From a virus (taxonomy: Duplodnaviria; Caudoviricetes), in the IMG/VR virus record IMGVR_UViG_3300019875_000003, positions 1 through 44,162 of that record: a stretch of 44,162 nt of DNA. One strand, given 5' to 3'. Shown here piece after piece: positions 34,275-44,138 of the stretch. The notes under the pieces were generated by a model that was given only the letters and a program-made list of their open reading frames with translations, was not told the DNA's origin and made no database searches. Each line of letters begins with the position of its first letter. Position 1 is the first letter of the stretch. The position numbers and the translations under genes are program-made.

Positions 34275-34578
34275 TGTAGATACCTCCCAGCCTCAATATA
34301 AGACGGGGTCGTTGAACTTCCACTTCCGTGACTTTCCACCGTGCACCCTGCCAGAAAATATAACGAATGGCAAAGAAGTGATCGTTGGCGTAGGCATCAG
34401 CAACAATGCTAATCGAATTTTGAACTGAAATATCATCGTTAACTTGATCGCCCTCCTGGAGTTTTCGAGTATTACGAATAACATCACCAAAATATGTTAA
34501 CTCAGTAATGATATCCTCGAAAACTCCAGGAGAGGTCTCAGTTGATTCTCCGTACCCGATTGCTCCATGAAATTTCAT
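34258..34578 (-). CDS. Head-to-tail stopper
   Basis: ISIVADAYA, GARWKV..VEV..PRLIL; position after the capsid gene. Confidence 0.7.
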   Translation of the reverse strand: MKFHGAIGYGESTETSPGVFEDIITELTYFGDVIRNTRKLQEGDQVNDDISVQNSISIVADAYANDHFFAIRYIFWQGARWKVTEVEVQRPRLILRLGGIYNGNTA

Positions 34579-34595
34579 CGGGTACTACCCCCAAA

Positions 34596-36596
34596 TTATG
34601 CGTCGTCCCTAGTGAAGGTCCACTCATCGGTGACGTTGTTGGCAATGTAATACGAACTCGATGCAGGCGTAGCAACAACGGTCACGCTAGCGCCAGCTGC
34701 AAGAGCCGACTGCGCACCGGTAGACAACGTACCACCAGTAGCCTTGTTCTTGTAAACGATACCGGTAGTAGCAACAATCGTAACAACACCTGTGCTAGAA
34801 ACGAAAGTAGGAGCATTCGGAACTGTAAGAACACCCGTAGAAGCAACCTTCTTGAAGATCATGGCCGACTTGATCTTAGTAAGAGCTCCAGACAGACGAG
34901 TCTCCATCAGGTACTTGTATTGGTTGTAATCGATGTCGAAATCATCAAATTGCGTGATCTCTCCACCACGGTTGGTACCAACGTTGTAGTCCTGAAGATT
35001 AACAACGATTGCAAGAACGTCAGTCTCGTTCTCCATCACCTCAACCGGAATAATAGAAGAAACTCGGAGCTCAGACGCAAGCTCATCCAGAGTCCGATAA
35101 ACCCTACGACCAACAGCATCACGAAGAGTTAGGAACTTACCGATCACCACTTCGGTGGTGTACATCGTCGGCATTCCCGTGCCCTTGTAGTAACGACGAT
35201 TCTCAATCATGGCGTCAACGAACTCGGTGTAGCTGGAGGACGCGTCATCCAAATTTACATAGAAGGTCATTGCGTAGTAGTCATGGTCATAAAGAATCGA
35301 ACGAATGCCATCACCAGAAGCCGCAGCCGCCGGGTCCTTGATCTTATCCTCGTCGTCGACTTCACGGCCATCACCGATCAGAATCGCGCGAGCGAGTTCC
35401 TCCTCGAGCATGATTCGGATTTCACCCCACAGCCAAGCCACAACATCGAAGTCCTGAATATCGATGATATCGTCGCGGTCCAGCTTCTGCTTCTTGTAGA
35501 TCGTTGTCGGACCAGTCGATCGAGTAGAAACAGCGAAGAATTCTTCCTTCTTCAAAGTGCCTTTAACATAACCCTTCGCGCGAGCCTCGTCCAGCGTCAG
35601 ATTAGCCGACAAAGTCTTGATCTTCGAGAATGGAGTCTTATGCGTGTTGGTGAGTACGTTCGCGACCCACTCCGTCCGACGCTTATCCCATTCAGGTCGA
35701 TCAGTGATCGCCTTGGCGTCCGGGAAAAGCAACTCGATGTTGTCGATCCCATGAGCTAGAGCATACTCCTCAAGGGCACCCTTCATCGACCCATTCTTCT
35801 GAGCCGATTCGAAGATTCCCTTAATGTCGGAGTGAGTGAGGACTGGGCCGTCACCCTGCGACGTGCCGTTCTGCTCGAAGACGTTCTTCGACACGGTGGT
35901 GGTTCCTTCCTGATGGGTGAGGTTGCCCTCGGTTGTGGTTACTTCGGCGGTTTCGCCTTCAGTAGACTCGGCATTATCAGTTTGAGTAGCTGACTGACCC
36001 ATTGAATTTCCGGGCGTTTCAAAGTCAAGAGCAGCAGCCACCATGTAATGCACGACATTCTTCTGCTCTTCAGTAAGAGTGTTATAAACATCTTGAAGTG
36101 TAAGACTAGAAGATGCTGCGTGAGAAAGCTCTATATCTAGACCTGTGTAAATGACTGCTTCATCTGTAAGATTCTGAATTTCACCGTCATCATGTTGAAC
36201 TGCTACAAAATCAATGAGTGCGCCAGGATTAGCACCGGAAACCACAAGACTAACTTCTCGAATGATGCCATGAAGAACCTGCTTACTCTTGCCGACTACT
36301 TTCTCTACTAGACCATTAGCGAAGATGGACATGGCTGTGATATCGCGATGTTCAACAAGAGCTTTAGTCGTTTGACCATGAGGTGTATTATTGAAGAAAC
36401 CATTAGCACGAACACCATCGCCAACAGCTTCTAGAATAGCGTGTCCTAGAATATTTTCTGGATTATCATGACCATGCTGCCAAACTAGCGGAACCTGCAT
36501 ACCGTCCATATGCTTGAACGCTTCAGCAGTAATGGTTCGACCGTCGGCGCACTTGAGATCAGCCTTGGTAGCATAACCACTAAAATCAGCTTCCAT
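34596..36596 (-). CDS. Prohead protease - major capsid protein fusion
   Basis: N-terminal DFSGYAT, VPLVWQH, MSI, IREVSLV..GANP.A (HK97-type protease); C-terminal capsid domain with EEELARAILIGDG, FDIDYNQ.KYL.ETR. Confidence 0.85.
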   Translation of the reverse strand: MEADFSGYATKADLKCADGRTITAEAFKHMDGMQVPLVWQHGHDNPENILGHAILEAVGDGVRANGFFNNTPHGQTTKALVEHRDITAMSIFANGLVEKVVGKSKQVLHGIIREVSLVVSGANPGALIDFVAVQHDDGEIQNLTDEAVIYTGLDIELSHAASSSLTLQDVYNTLTEEQKNVVHYMVAAALDFETPGNSMGQSATQTDNAESTEGETAEVTTTEGNLTHQEGTTTVSKNVFEQNGTSQGDGPVLTHSDIKGIFESAQKNGSMKGALEEYALAHGIDNIELLFPDAKAITDRPEWDKRRTEWVANVLTNTHKTPFSKIKTLSANLTLDEARAKGYVKGTLKKEEFFAVSTRSTGPTTIYKKQKLDRDDIIDIQDFDVVAWLWGEIRIMLEEELARAILIGDGREVDDEDKIKDPAAAASGDGIRSILYDHDYYAMTFYVNLDDASSSYTEFVDAMIENRRYYKGTGMPTMYTTEVVIGKFLTLRDAVGRRVYRTLDELASELRVSSIIPVEVMENETDVLAIVVNLQDYNVGTNRGGEITQFDDFDIDYNQYKYLMETRLSGALTKIKSAMIFKKVASTGVLTVPNAPTFVSSTGVVTIVATTGIVYKNKATGGTLSTGAQSALAAGASVTVVATPASSSYYIANNVTDEWTFTRDDA

Positions 36597-37830
36597 TTTG
36601 ACTGTTCCCCTCCTTGTTCGTTGTTATCGAATTAATTGGCTCCGACGAATTTGGATTCTCATCCGGCATATTACTGTTTCGGAGTTCATCAGCCTTTGGA
36701 TCCTTTGAAGGCTTCCATCCAATAGCAGTTCTCATATCATTCGCTGATGCAATCTCGTTTCGAGTAAACACATCGGCAATTTCAGCGACTTCACTAATTG
36801 GAACTAACTTGAATGGGTCTCGGAATGCCATAATGGACTGTCTTTGCGATCGAGCAGTCTTCGTTAGAAAGGCTCTACGCATAGCCTCAAGCACAGAAGT
36901 AACTAGAGGTTCGATAGTTCGATTATTATAGTTCAGCATGGCCTTCTCGTCGGCTGTGCCATTCATAACATCGGCCGTCAAACCAAGTTGTGCATAAAGC
37001 ATGTTCATTAAGTATTCGACTTGCTTAAGAAGATTGTTTTCTGCAGGTCGATTAAGCTGCGTAACCTTCTCAGTGCCATCGATATAAGCAATGCCGTACT
37101 TACTACCACTAAGTTGATGTTCTAGATCCACTCGACGTTGAGAAGCAGCTAGTCTACGAGCTTCAGACTTAATAGTATAGGGAAGTTGAATGATGATATC
37201 TAGTTTTCCAGAACTAGTTTGTTCATCAACCGCATCTAGCAAATTAAGTTTACGAATAAGTCGTTGTAGAGTAGAACTTGGTTCGTTCATAACGATGTAC
37301 ATTGGATTCTCTACAATTCCAACATACTTTTTATCAACAGTGATCTGCTCTAAAAGACCCTTAGCTTCGTTATAAAGAGAAACACGAACTTTTGTTGGCA
37401 TCCAGGTAATAATCTCACCAACACGCATACTCTTTATGTCGAATCCACCATTGATTGGATCGATAGTTGTATCGACAGGAACAATTGCCACAGTTCCTTT
37501 ATCAAACAACTTCATAAATATGTCCTGACGGAAGTGCCGAGCGGCTTGGTCGATGTTAGATTCGACAGTAAGGCAATCCTGCAGTCCGCTTTTAATATCC
37601 TCAGAATAGCGTCCTTCATCATCGAGGCGAACGTGACGAAGCTCAGCAGAAGCAGCGTCAATCGCAAGACGAGTATAAATCGCGGATATGATAGAACGCT
37701 CATTAGCAATACGGAGTCTTACTCGATCAGGACGCGTTCCGTAACCAACTCCGCCATCTGTTCTATGATTCTCCGAAGTCTTACTGCTAAAAACATTCCA
37801 CGCATGCAGGAGACGCGAGAATATAGCCAT
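36586..37830 (-). CDS. Portal protein
   Basis: 414 aa; position after terminase; IYTRLAIDAA, NEIASANDMR..IG. Confidence 0.85.
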   Translation of the reverse strand: MAIFSRLLHAWNVFSSKTSENHRTDGGVGYGTRPDRVRLRIANERSIISAIYTRLAIDAASAELRHVRLDDEGRYSEDIKSGLQDCLTVESNIDQAARHFRQDIFMKLFDKGTVAIVPVDTTIDPINGGFDIKSMRVGEIITWMPTKVRVSLYNEAKGLLEQITVDKKYVGIVENPMYIVMNEPSSTLQRLIRKLNLLDAVDEQTSSGKLDIIIQLPYTIKSEARRLAASQRRVDLEHQLSGSKYGIAYIDGTEKVTQLNRPAENNLLKQVEYLMNMLYAQLGLTADVMNGTADEKAMLNYNNRTIEPLVTSVLEAMRRAFLTKTARSQRQSIMAFRDPFKLVPISEVAEIADVFTRNEIASANDMRTAIGWKPSKDPKADELRNSNMPDENPNSSEPINSITTNKEGNSQNGS

Positions 37831-37874
37831 GTTTCACCTCCTTTCCAGGAAGAAGAATCAATCCAGGAAGGAAA

Positions 37875-38279
37875 TTACGCCTCAAGTGCTTCCACTCGGG
37901 AGATCAAGTTATAAAGCAGAGCCTGAACCTTACCTAGGGCTTGATTAACTGTGTCAGTGGCTGCAATATCAACGGCAGAACCAAGAACATATCCCGTCAA
38001 AATAACTTCAGCGCCACTATCCGGGGTATCAGCCTTAGCTTCGACCTTTGCAATAGCCTCATTAACAGTATCAGTCGATTCCACATCAACAACATCACCA
38101 GACACATATCCAGTAAGAAGAACGTCGTCGCCGGTGGGAAGCGTTTCAAAAGTAAGAGCGAGAGCTGGCGATCCAGCTTCATTGAATAGAGCGATCTTCT
38201 CCATCTGCTGATTAACCTTTGGGGCGCCTTGAGTAACTACTACAGCCTGCTTAACGATCTGGTTCTCCGACATTGGCAT
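37875..38279 (-). CDS. Virion fibre/decoration-like protein with an internal duplication
   Basis: VLLTGY...TDTVNEAIAKVEA and VILTGY...TDTVNQALGKVQA. Confidence 0.7.
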   Translation of the reverse strand: MPMSENQIVKQAVVVTQGAPKVNQQMEKIALFNEAGSPALALTFETLPTGDDVLLTGYVSGDVVDVESTDTVNEAIAKVEAKADTPDSGAEVILTGYVLGSAVDIAATDTVNQALGKVQALLYNLISRVEALEA

Positions 38280-38289
38280 TTCTCCTTAT

Positions 38290-38649
38290 TTATTGTTTTA
38301 TATCTCTTGCTGCGTCTGTCTTTTTCGATACACCTTTAACAAAACTCTTATTACGAGAAATGACAATTAAGCCAACAGGACCTCCAAGCATAGTTGCTAC
38401 AATTTTCTCACCTATTGTCATACGAGACGCAGTTACTCGATCTTCATTGGTCGTAACATCTTTAGACGCTTTATTTCGGGCACTTGGTGTCTTTGCAGTT
38501 CTTACAGCCACATGTCTTTCGGCTTGTCTTGTACGAGCCCCTTTAATTTCAGACCCAGTAGGATTTTGTTTTCGAGTTCCCCATCTCATACCCTTAACAC
38601 CAAGATGAGCCAAGAATTCTTCAGGATTAAGCTTAACCTTATCAGTCAT
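38290..38649 (-). CDS. Basic protein with LAHLGVKGMRWG motif (putative head-associated)
   Basis: Start refined to MTDKV (GGAGG RBS); motif shared with 40435..41289 and related to the 298..2982 N-terminus. Confidence 0.75.
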   Translation of the reverse strand: MTDKVKLNPEEFLAHLGVKGMRWGTRKQNPTGSEIKGARTRQAERHVAVRTAKTPSARNKASKDVTTNEDRVTASRMTIGEKIVATMLGGPVGLIVISRNKSFVKGVSKKTDAARDIKQ

Positions 38650-38673
38650 TAAACACCTCCTGTCCAAATAACA

Positions 38674-40416
38674 TTATTCAAATGCCTCTTTATGAATCTT
38701 ATAAGCTACTAAAGCATCCATCATGGCAGAAACATTATCAATTTTCTCCCCGTAACGTTTCTTCAACAATTTTCTGTTGCCATTCGTATCTTCCATGGTA
38801 ATTGCGTTACCCATCGCAAACGTCATCAAAGACTGATCAAATAGCAACTGTCGTTGCCCAGAAAGATGCTTAAGTTCACCTAGAGGTACTGATTCAGTTC
38901 TAGCACCTTGAATAACTTTTTCAATTCCAAAAGGCCCATTTTCCGCTTCCCACCTTTGAACAAACTCTTTTGCATTATATGGATCGAATCCAAAAGCTCG
39001 GACATCATAATTCATTTCTTGAATGAATCGATCCAAATCATCATAAACCTCCATCATATCGAGAATGGTTCCCTCGAGTACGTGAAGGCTTCCTTCATTA
39101 ATGAACTCTTCGTACTTAGCTCTTAAAGCCCCAGGTAACTTCATAAGCGTGAGCGAGGTTATATAACTTCGCGTCTTAACACCGAATCCTTCCCTAACCG
39201 GGAATAGAAACGTAAACGCACAGAAGTCATCACCTTGAGACAGGTCCGCGCCTAGCGCGCAAGGCATTTCCCAGAACTCTCTAGAGCGATGAGGTAGAGT
39301 TTCTTCATAAGTAAAGAAGTATGTGTAGCCTTCCATTGGAATGCCGAAACGTTTTGCTAGAATATCATTACGAGATGCCGGGGCTTTTTCTGCTCTTTCG
39401 ACATCGAGATGATACGTTTCGTATGAAACGGTAAGACCAATGTTAGGGTTTGCCTTAGGCCACATGGCCGGAGTGCTAACTTCTTCAAGCTCGTCAAGTC
39501 TATAATGCCAAATGGAAATATGTGGTGCTACATACTCACCTTTAAGAATTGTAGCGAGTTCCATTTTGATTGTATCACCGGAACCATTTCGAACAGTTCC
39601 TTCTGAACTAATTGCGACGATAAGCCAATCATCAAGTTTAGAAGCACCTTGCTCAACGGCTCCAACAACATCTTCTCTAAGATCTCCAGATAACCATTCG
39701 TCGATGGTAGAGATCTTAGGTCTAAGACCTTGGAGTTTAGCAATCGACATTGGACGAACTTCGATCAAAGAACCGGTTAGAAAGTTCTCAATGCCCTTTT
39801 TAGTTGAAACCAACTTCTGTCTAAGAGATCTATTACCCGTAGTATTCTGTAAACTACCCTCAGTAAGGAACTTAAACAGAGGTCCTCTTGACCGAGTAAT
39901 CGCCGTACGAATCGGAGACATAACTTCGTCGGCTTGTTTCATCGTTGGCGCAGTAGTGACCTGATGCGTTGTTGATGTGTCTACATTCAAGAAATAATTT
40001 TGAATACAAGACGCATACATCGACTTAGCTGCGCCTCGAGCGACGATAAGATACTGTTTTACTGTAAGCCGTTTTCTTATAGTTTTTTTTACATATCGTC
40101 CTGGACGTCCATTTTTTCCTGGTTGGTAAACTTGACGATCAACAAAATACCACCATCCAAAGATTTGCTCGGCCCAAAGCTTGAACGATGGAAGTAAATA
40201 CAAATCACTACCGTCAGTAAGAGTTAACTCATTCTCGCAATAACGAATAAAACCTTCAACCGCTTGATCATCGTAATAGAATGATGGATTAGCAATCAAC
40301 GCATCGATGCGGTTCATCTCTAAGGAGATTTCTCGGTTTACCGGAATCTCACCGCGCAATACCGACTCACGAAACATGCCGTAATAAATCGGTACTGCTT
40401 TATTCGATAACGCCAT
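38674..40416 (-). CDS. terL: Terminase large subunit
   Basis: VARGAAKS (Walker A), STIDEW (Walker B), LGADLS, FDPYN, KIDN.SAMMDA nuclease motifs. Confidence 0.9.
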   Translation of the reverse strand: MALSNKAVPIYYGMFRESVLRGEIPVNREISLEMNRIDALIANPSFYYDDQAVEGFIRYCENELTLTDGSDLYLLPSFKLWAEQIFGWWYFVDRQVYQPGKNGRPGRYVKKTIRKRLTVKQYLIVARGAAKSMYASCIQNYFLNVDTSTTHQVTTAPTMKQADEVMSPIRTAITRSRGPLFKFLTEGSLQNTTGNRSLRQKLVSTKKGIENFLTGSLIEVRPMSIAKLQGLRPKISTIDEWLSGDLREDVVGAVEQGASKLDDWLIVAISSEGTVRNGSGDTIKMELATILKGEYVAPHISIWHYRLDELEEVSTPAMWPKANPNIGLTVSYETYHLDVERAEKAPASRNDILAKRFGIPMEGYTYFFTYEETLPHRSREFWEMPCALGADLSQGDDFCAFTFLFPVREGFGVKTRSYITSLTLMKLPGALRAKYEEFINEGSLHVLEGTILDMMEVYDDLDRFIQEMNYDVRAFGFDPYNAKEFVQRWEAENGPFGIEKVIQGARTESVPLGELKHLSGQRQLLFDQSLMTFAMGNAITMEDTNGNRKLLKKRYGEKIDNVSAMMDALVAYKIHKEAFE

Positions 40417-40434
40417 CGCTAATCCTCCTCTCTA

Positions 40435-41289
40435 TTACTTTAAGATCGTTGCAATCAATTTTGTTGCTTGATCGTTTGCCAACTTAGTTGCTTGCGCTTT
40501 ACCTACACTAATAAGAACGTCCCCAACAAATTTCCCGCCCGATTTAGCAATACGAGCTCCTGTTGAAGGAGGAACTACTCGAGCGTATTGCTGTTCCAGA
40601 TTCATTCGGTTAATAAGATTTTGTAGTTCAGCGTTACTAAGTGACTTAGCGCCGCCCTTCTTCGCTTTCTTGGCGGCCGTTCTTGCAGTTTGAAAATCAG
40701 TAGATCCATCTGAGCCCAATTTTGATTTATTCCGAACGCCCCAACGCATACCTCTTATGCCAAAGTGTTCCAAGAATTCATCGATCTTATTGCTCATACT
40801 CACCTCCCAACGCCGATCATCTTTGAGTAGAATTTCTGGTCCTTCAAAATCTCCGGTCCATAATGCAAGTCGATCAAAATTAATCCAATGAATTCCTGGA
40901 TAATCTCTTGTATCAGGATGCGCAGGAGTCTCTGGAAAACCCAAAGTGATATGAGGTGTCCACTCAGGAAACTGATCTATTGAATCAAATGCTTTTCGAA
41001 TGTCATTGTTTTGAAGAAGATAATTTCTTGCCTGTTCAAGTAGATTGCAATAGCTTTTCTTAAAGAAAAGAACATCTGCATCATCTTTACCAAGAAGGCC
41101 TCTTCGTTCAACACTAAGACCAAATCGATGCATGGTAGTATTTGCTACATGCTGAAGAAATTCAAATATACGTCCTTGATTCTCAGAATCTGCAATATGT
41201 AGAATCGTAAGATGAGGTATCTTTTGTTGGGAAATCTTCCAAATATAATCGTCTGGCTCCGGTATTGCAACGACAGTTAGATTAGCCAT
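40435..41289 (-). CDS. 2H phosphoesterase (2'-5' RNA ligase-like) fused to an LEHFGIRGMRWG domain
   Basis: Two HxT motifs (PHLTIL, PHITLG); internal GGGAGG RBS plus ATG at 40797. Confidence 0.75.
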   Translation of the reverse strand: MANLTVVAIPEPDDYIWKISQQKIPHLTILHIADSENQGRIFEFLQHVANTTMHRFGLSVERRGLLGKDDADVLFFKKSYCNLLEQARNYLLQNNDIRKAFDSIDQFPEWTPHITLGFPETPAHPDTRDYPGIHWINFDRLALWTGDFEGPEILLKDDRRWEVSMSNKIDEFLEHFGIRGMRWGVRNKSKLGSDGSTDFQTARTAAKKAKKGGAKSLSNAELQNLINRMNLEQQYARVVPPSTGARIAKSGGKFVGDVLISVGKAQATKLANDQATKLIATILK

Positions 41290-41304
41290 ATTAACACCTC
41301 CTTT

Positions 41305-41859
41305 TTAAGAGAATCCCTTTGCAAAGGACTTTATGTACCATCTATCAGTACTAAGATGATAAACTGCTTCAAGAAAATCTATAGTTTCAGGAATTGTACT
41401 TAGCGTTATAGCAATAAGATCTGTTCCAAAGGCAAACTTTGTGTCTAAAGAAAGAATACGACTACCAGTTACATCTTGAGTAAATTCCCATACAACATTC
41501 TGACCATCTGATGGATTACTCGGATTTCCTAATATTCGATTTCCGCCAAGAGTAACTCGGAAAAAATTAGAATTACTAGCATCTGTTGTAATTACAGAAG
41601 CATCTGTGAGAGCGAATGGCGGAGGTCCTGAGATATGATTATGGCTTGCTAAAGCCATATCAGATAATGCTGCTTCAATCAAAGCATCCACATAAGGCTT
41701 TGTAACATAATATGGAAGTTCATTCCAAGACGTAACTCCATCGCCAATTTTCATCTTACTGGTATCAAGTTCAATCCCAGGCTCGCCCGCACGTAAGATA
41801 GGGTTATCAGAAGTCCATTCTGAAGCAAGACCCCGCCGGAGTTTGAACGTTGTAGACAT
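41305..41859 (-). CDS. Minor virion/fibre protein
   Basis: LRRG.ASEWTS.NPIL..GEPGIE.DT.K.KIGDGVT.WN.LPY N-terminal domain typical of phage fibre/hyaluronidase N-termini. Confidence 0.7.
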   Translation of the reverse strand: MSTTFKLRRGLASEWTSDNPILRAGEPGIELDTSKMKIGDGVTSWNELPYYVTKPYVDALIEAALSDMALASHNHISGPPPFALTDASVITTDASNSNFFRVTLGGNRILGNPSNPSDGQNVVWEFTQDVTGSRILSLDTKFAFGTDLIAITLSTIPETIDFLEAVYHLSTDRWYIKSFAKGFS

Positions 41860-41868
41860 TACTCCTCC

Positions 41869-42270
41869 TTAAGGAGATCCTCCATCAAGAATAGAACCTT
41901 CTAATACCAATACTGGTTCTGGTGATTCCCAATCAGTTCCTTCACGAACTGTATTAAGACGCCATTCAAATTCTTCAATCTGTTTACGATAAGCATCGAC
42001 TAAATATGAAGTTGAAGGTGGATCAAACACAATACGAACTTTAAGATGAACATAGGTTTTTACAGAATTAAGCAAAGCATTAGTACCAATAAAGGAAGTC
42101 CACATGGCAGTGGCATCCTCGATCGTGTATCCATTCTCAGGACCAATGCCAATCTGGTTAAGAGTGGAGAAGGCTGAGTTAATTAGCGTTATAATATCTA
42201 GATCAAACACAGTATAACTAGCATCAATTCCAAGATTCTTCTTAACACTTGTGAGAATACTGTTCTCCAT
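41869..42270 (-). CDS. Head-to-tail adaptor
   Basis: SIL.SVKK.LG, FD.DII..IN, VFDPP, EFEWRL; start refined with the GGAGG RBS. Confidence 0.7.
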   Translation of the reverse strand: MENSILTSVKKNLGIDASYTVFDLDIITLINSAFSTLNQIGIGPENGYTIEDATAMWTSFIGTNALLNSVKTYVHLKVRIVFDPPSTSYLVDAYRKQIEEFEWRLNTVREGTDWESPEPVLVLEGSILDGGSP

Positions 42271-42291
42271 GTGGACCACCTCCTTCAGCAA

Positions 42292-43170
42292 TTAGTCGGG
42301 AACCGCTTCACTAGTAACGCCATTGGTCATAAACTTGTGATTGTGAGGGACTAGAGTCGCTGGACCTGGAGGTCCTTCTGGGCCTGGGATAGAGAGCGTC
42401 GCTACATCTGGTCCAAACTTAGAAGCAGCTTGAGCGAGAGTAACTCGTTGAGAAGGAAACGCCAAACCCCACTCTGCTTGAACATCAGCAAGTTGAGCAG
42501 GAGTCAACCAACGATAAGTTGCACCGTCTGAGATACAAACCTTATTAGCCGGGGCTGAATCATTAAGAATAAAAAGCTTTGGCGGCACGCTGGTACTCCC
42601 TTCAAGCTCTTGATGAACCATTGCCATGAATACGTCCCAAGGAAATGCGGTGCCAACATCGAGATGGTCGCCACTATCTTCTGGGAACGCACGAGTGCAG
42701 TTTGCATGATCACAAATTCCGCGAACTGCTTTTGGATTTGCGTTATCATAATATGCCGCACGTACTTCTGCGTCTGTCATACGACGAGCCTGCAAACCGT
42801 GTGTCAGAATCTCATACGCAACCACTGAAGCAGTTGTGCGAAGAGTTGCAATAGAAACCGCGTCAAGCCATTCCGCTCTAGTTTGAATTGTTCCACATAT
42901 TTCTACATGAACAAAGACTTCGTTAGCATGGAATCTTGCAGAATGCGAACGATCACTATCTGGAACCTCTCGCAACGCTGGTCCCAAAGAATCAGTAAAG
43001 AGATGGCAGCTTGTTCCATCAGAACGAATTCTATCATATGCAGCACCTGATTCGGCAGAATTTGGGCCTTCACTGCCAGCAGTGTAATGCAAACATACAC
43101 CCATGATACGCATGCGACGTCCAGGGGTGTATGATCGAGGATATCCAACCCACAAAATATTAACCATCAT
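42292..43170 (-). CDS. Endolysin, N-acetylmuramoyl-L-alanine amidase
   Basis: VCLHYTAG, SCHLF, HSA..HAN, VEICG, CDH...DH.DVG..FPW; start refined to 43170 or 43167. Confidence 0.8.
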   Translation of the reverse strand: MMVNILWVGYPRSYTPGRRMRIMGVCLHYTAGSEGPNSAESGAAYDRIRSDGTSCHLFTDSLGPALREVPDSDRSHSARFHANEVFVHVEICGTIQTRAEWLDAVSIATLRTTASVVAYEILTHGLQARRMTDAEVRAAYYDNANPKAVRGICDHANCTRAFPEDSGDHLDVGTAFPWDVFMAMVHQELEGSTSVPPKLFILNDSAPANKVCISDGATYRWLTPAQLADVQAEWGLAFPSQRVTLAQAASKFGPDVATLSIPGPEGPPGPATLVPHNHKFMTNGVTSEAVPD

Positions 43171-43312
43171 TAACTCCATCACCACAAGGTCGTTCGATGT
43201 TTGGAGCTGGCTCTGCATTAGGATCAATTACAACTTTATCAGATGGTTGAGAACCGACATCACCGAACTTTTCGAATACCCAATTCTCGTTGCGATCTAT
43301 TGGCTCAGTCAT
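43160..43312 (-). CDS. Small acidic hypothetical protein (50 aa)
   Basis: MTEPIDRNENWVFEKFGDVGSQPSDKVVIDPNAEPAPN...; GAGG RBS; overlaps the endolysin start. Confidence 0.55.
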   Translation of the reverse strand: MTEPIDRNENWVFEKFGDVGSQPSDKVVIDPNAEPAPNIERPCGDGVNDG

Positions 43313-43324
43313 GGTGCCTCATCT

Positions 43325-43735
43325 CTACCATAATTTAGTATCGCCGGATCTACGAACAACAAGCTCTCGTGGTAGATGATTCTCATCACCATAGTGAATA
43401 GCATTGTGTGTAGAATGTGTTGTTGTAATCAAGAACTCTGGATCTAGAATCGAATTATCACCTTGACGAACGTCGTCTATACTCATCGGATTCAAATGAT
43501 GAATATATAATCGATCATGAATTTCATAACCTTCTATACCAAGATCACAGCCAAGATCTCTTGCGATTATGCTATGACGAATTTGTCGCCACTCTCTTGA
43601 AGTATAAAATTTTTGATTAATCCATCGATCGAATCCAAAGGTCTTGTCTCCGACAGATCCTCTTAATGAAAGATACCTATATCGGTCAATAAACGTGTGA
43701 ATACGACTAAGATCAGTATATGTTCTAATCGGCAT
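43325..43735 (-). CDS. HNH endonuclease (terminase-associated)
   Basis: FYTSREWR..R..II.RD.GC, IHHLNP, L.TT.H.THNAIH. Confidence 0.8.
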   Translation of the reverse strand: MPIRTYTDLSRIHTFIDRYRYLSLRGSVGDKTFGFDRWINQKFYTSREWRQIRHSIIARDLGCDLGIEGYEIHDRLYIHHLNPMSIDDVRQGDNSILDPEFLITTTHSTHNAIHYGDENHLPRELVVRRSGDTKLW

Positions 43736-44078
43736 CATCTTCACTTTCTTGCTCAGGATCTTGACCAGAATATGAACGGAAAGCACTAAGAGCATTACCT
43801 ATTAACTCTTCAATTCTACTTGCGGAGGCAAGCGCATCGACTTTAGCTCTCAATAATTCGTTTTCGCCAGCTAAACGTTGCTGTTCTAGCTGTTCTCTAG
43901 TAGATCCAAGCTTTAGAAAATGTGTGATCACCTGTGCAGATGCTGTACCAGCTTTCAATTGCTTTTCAGCAGCGTCAATAGCCAACGCAACAAGCTGATT
44001 CTCCCGACCCTCTGGAGTTGTGGCTCGTTTTCGAGGACTTGACTGAGGTTCTGACTCAGTTCTTCGCCTACTTACCAT
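43725..44078 (-). CDS. Probable terminase small subunit
   Basis: First gene, helical, 117 aa, GAAAGGAG RBS, adjacent to HNH; assignment from position and size. Confidence 0.55.
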   Translation of the reverse strand: MVSRRRTESEPQSSPRKRATTPEGRENQLVALAIDAAEKQLKAGTASAQVITHFLKLGSTREQLEQQRLAGENELLRAKVDALASASRIEELIGNALSAFRSYSGQDPEQESEDDAD

Positions 44079-44138
44079 GTTTCAACTCCTTTCGGAATAG
44101 TTCTTGAGACTTTTTTAGTGTAAAAAGTTAACCTAAAA

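Noticed and set aside
511-43333. Numerous plus-strand ORFs in the track (e.g. 25662..26702, 34542..35132, 39512..39964)
   Set aside because: All are antisense shadows of well-supported minus-strand genes, with no recognisable motifs or RBS context
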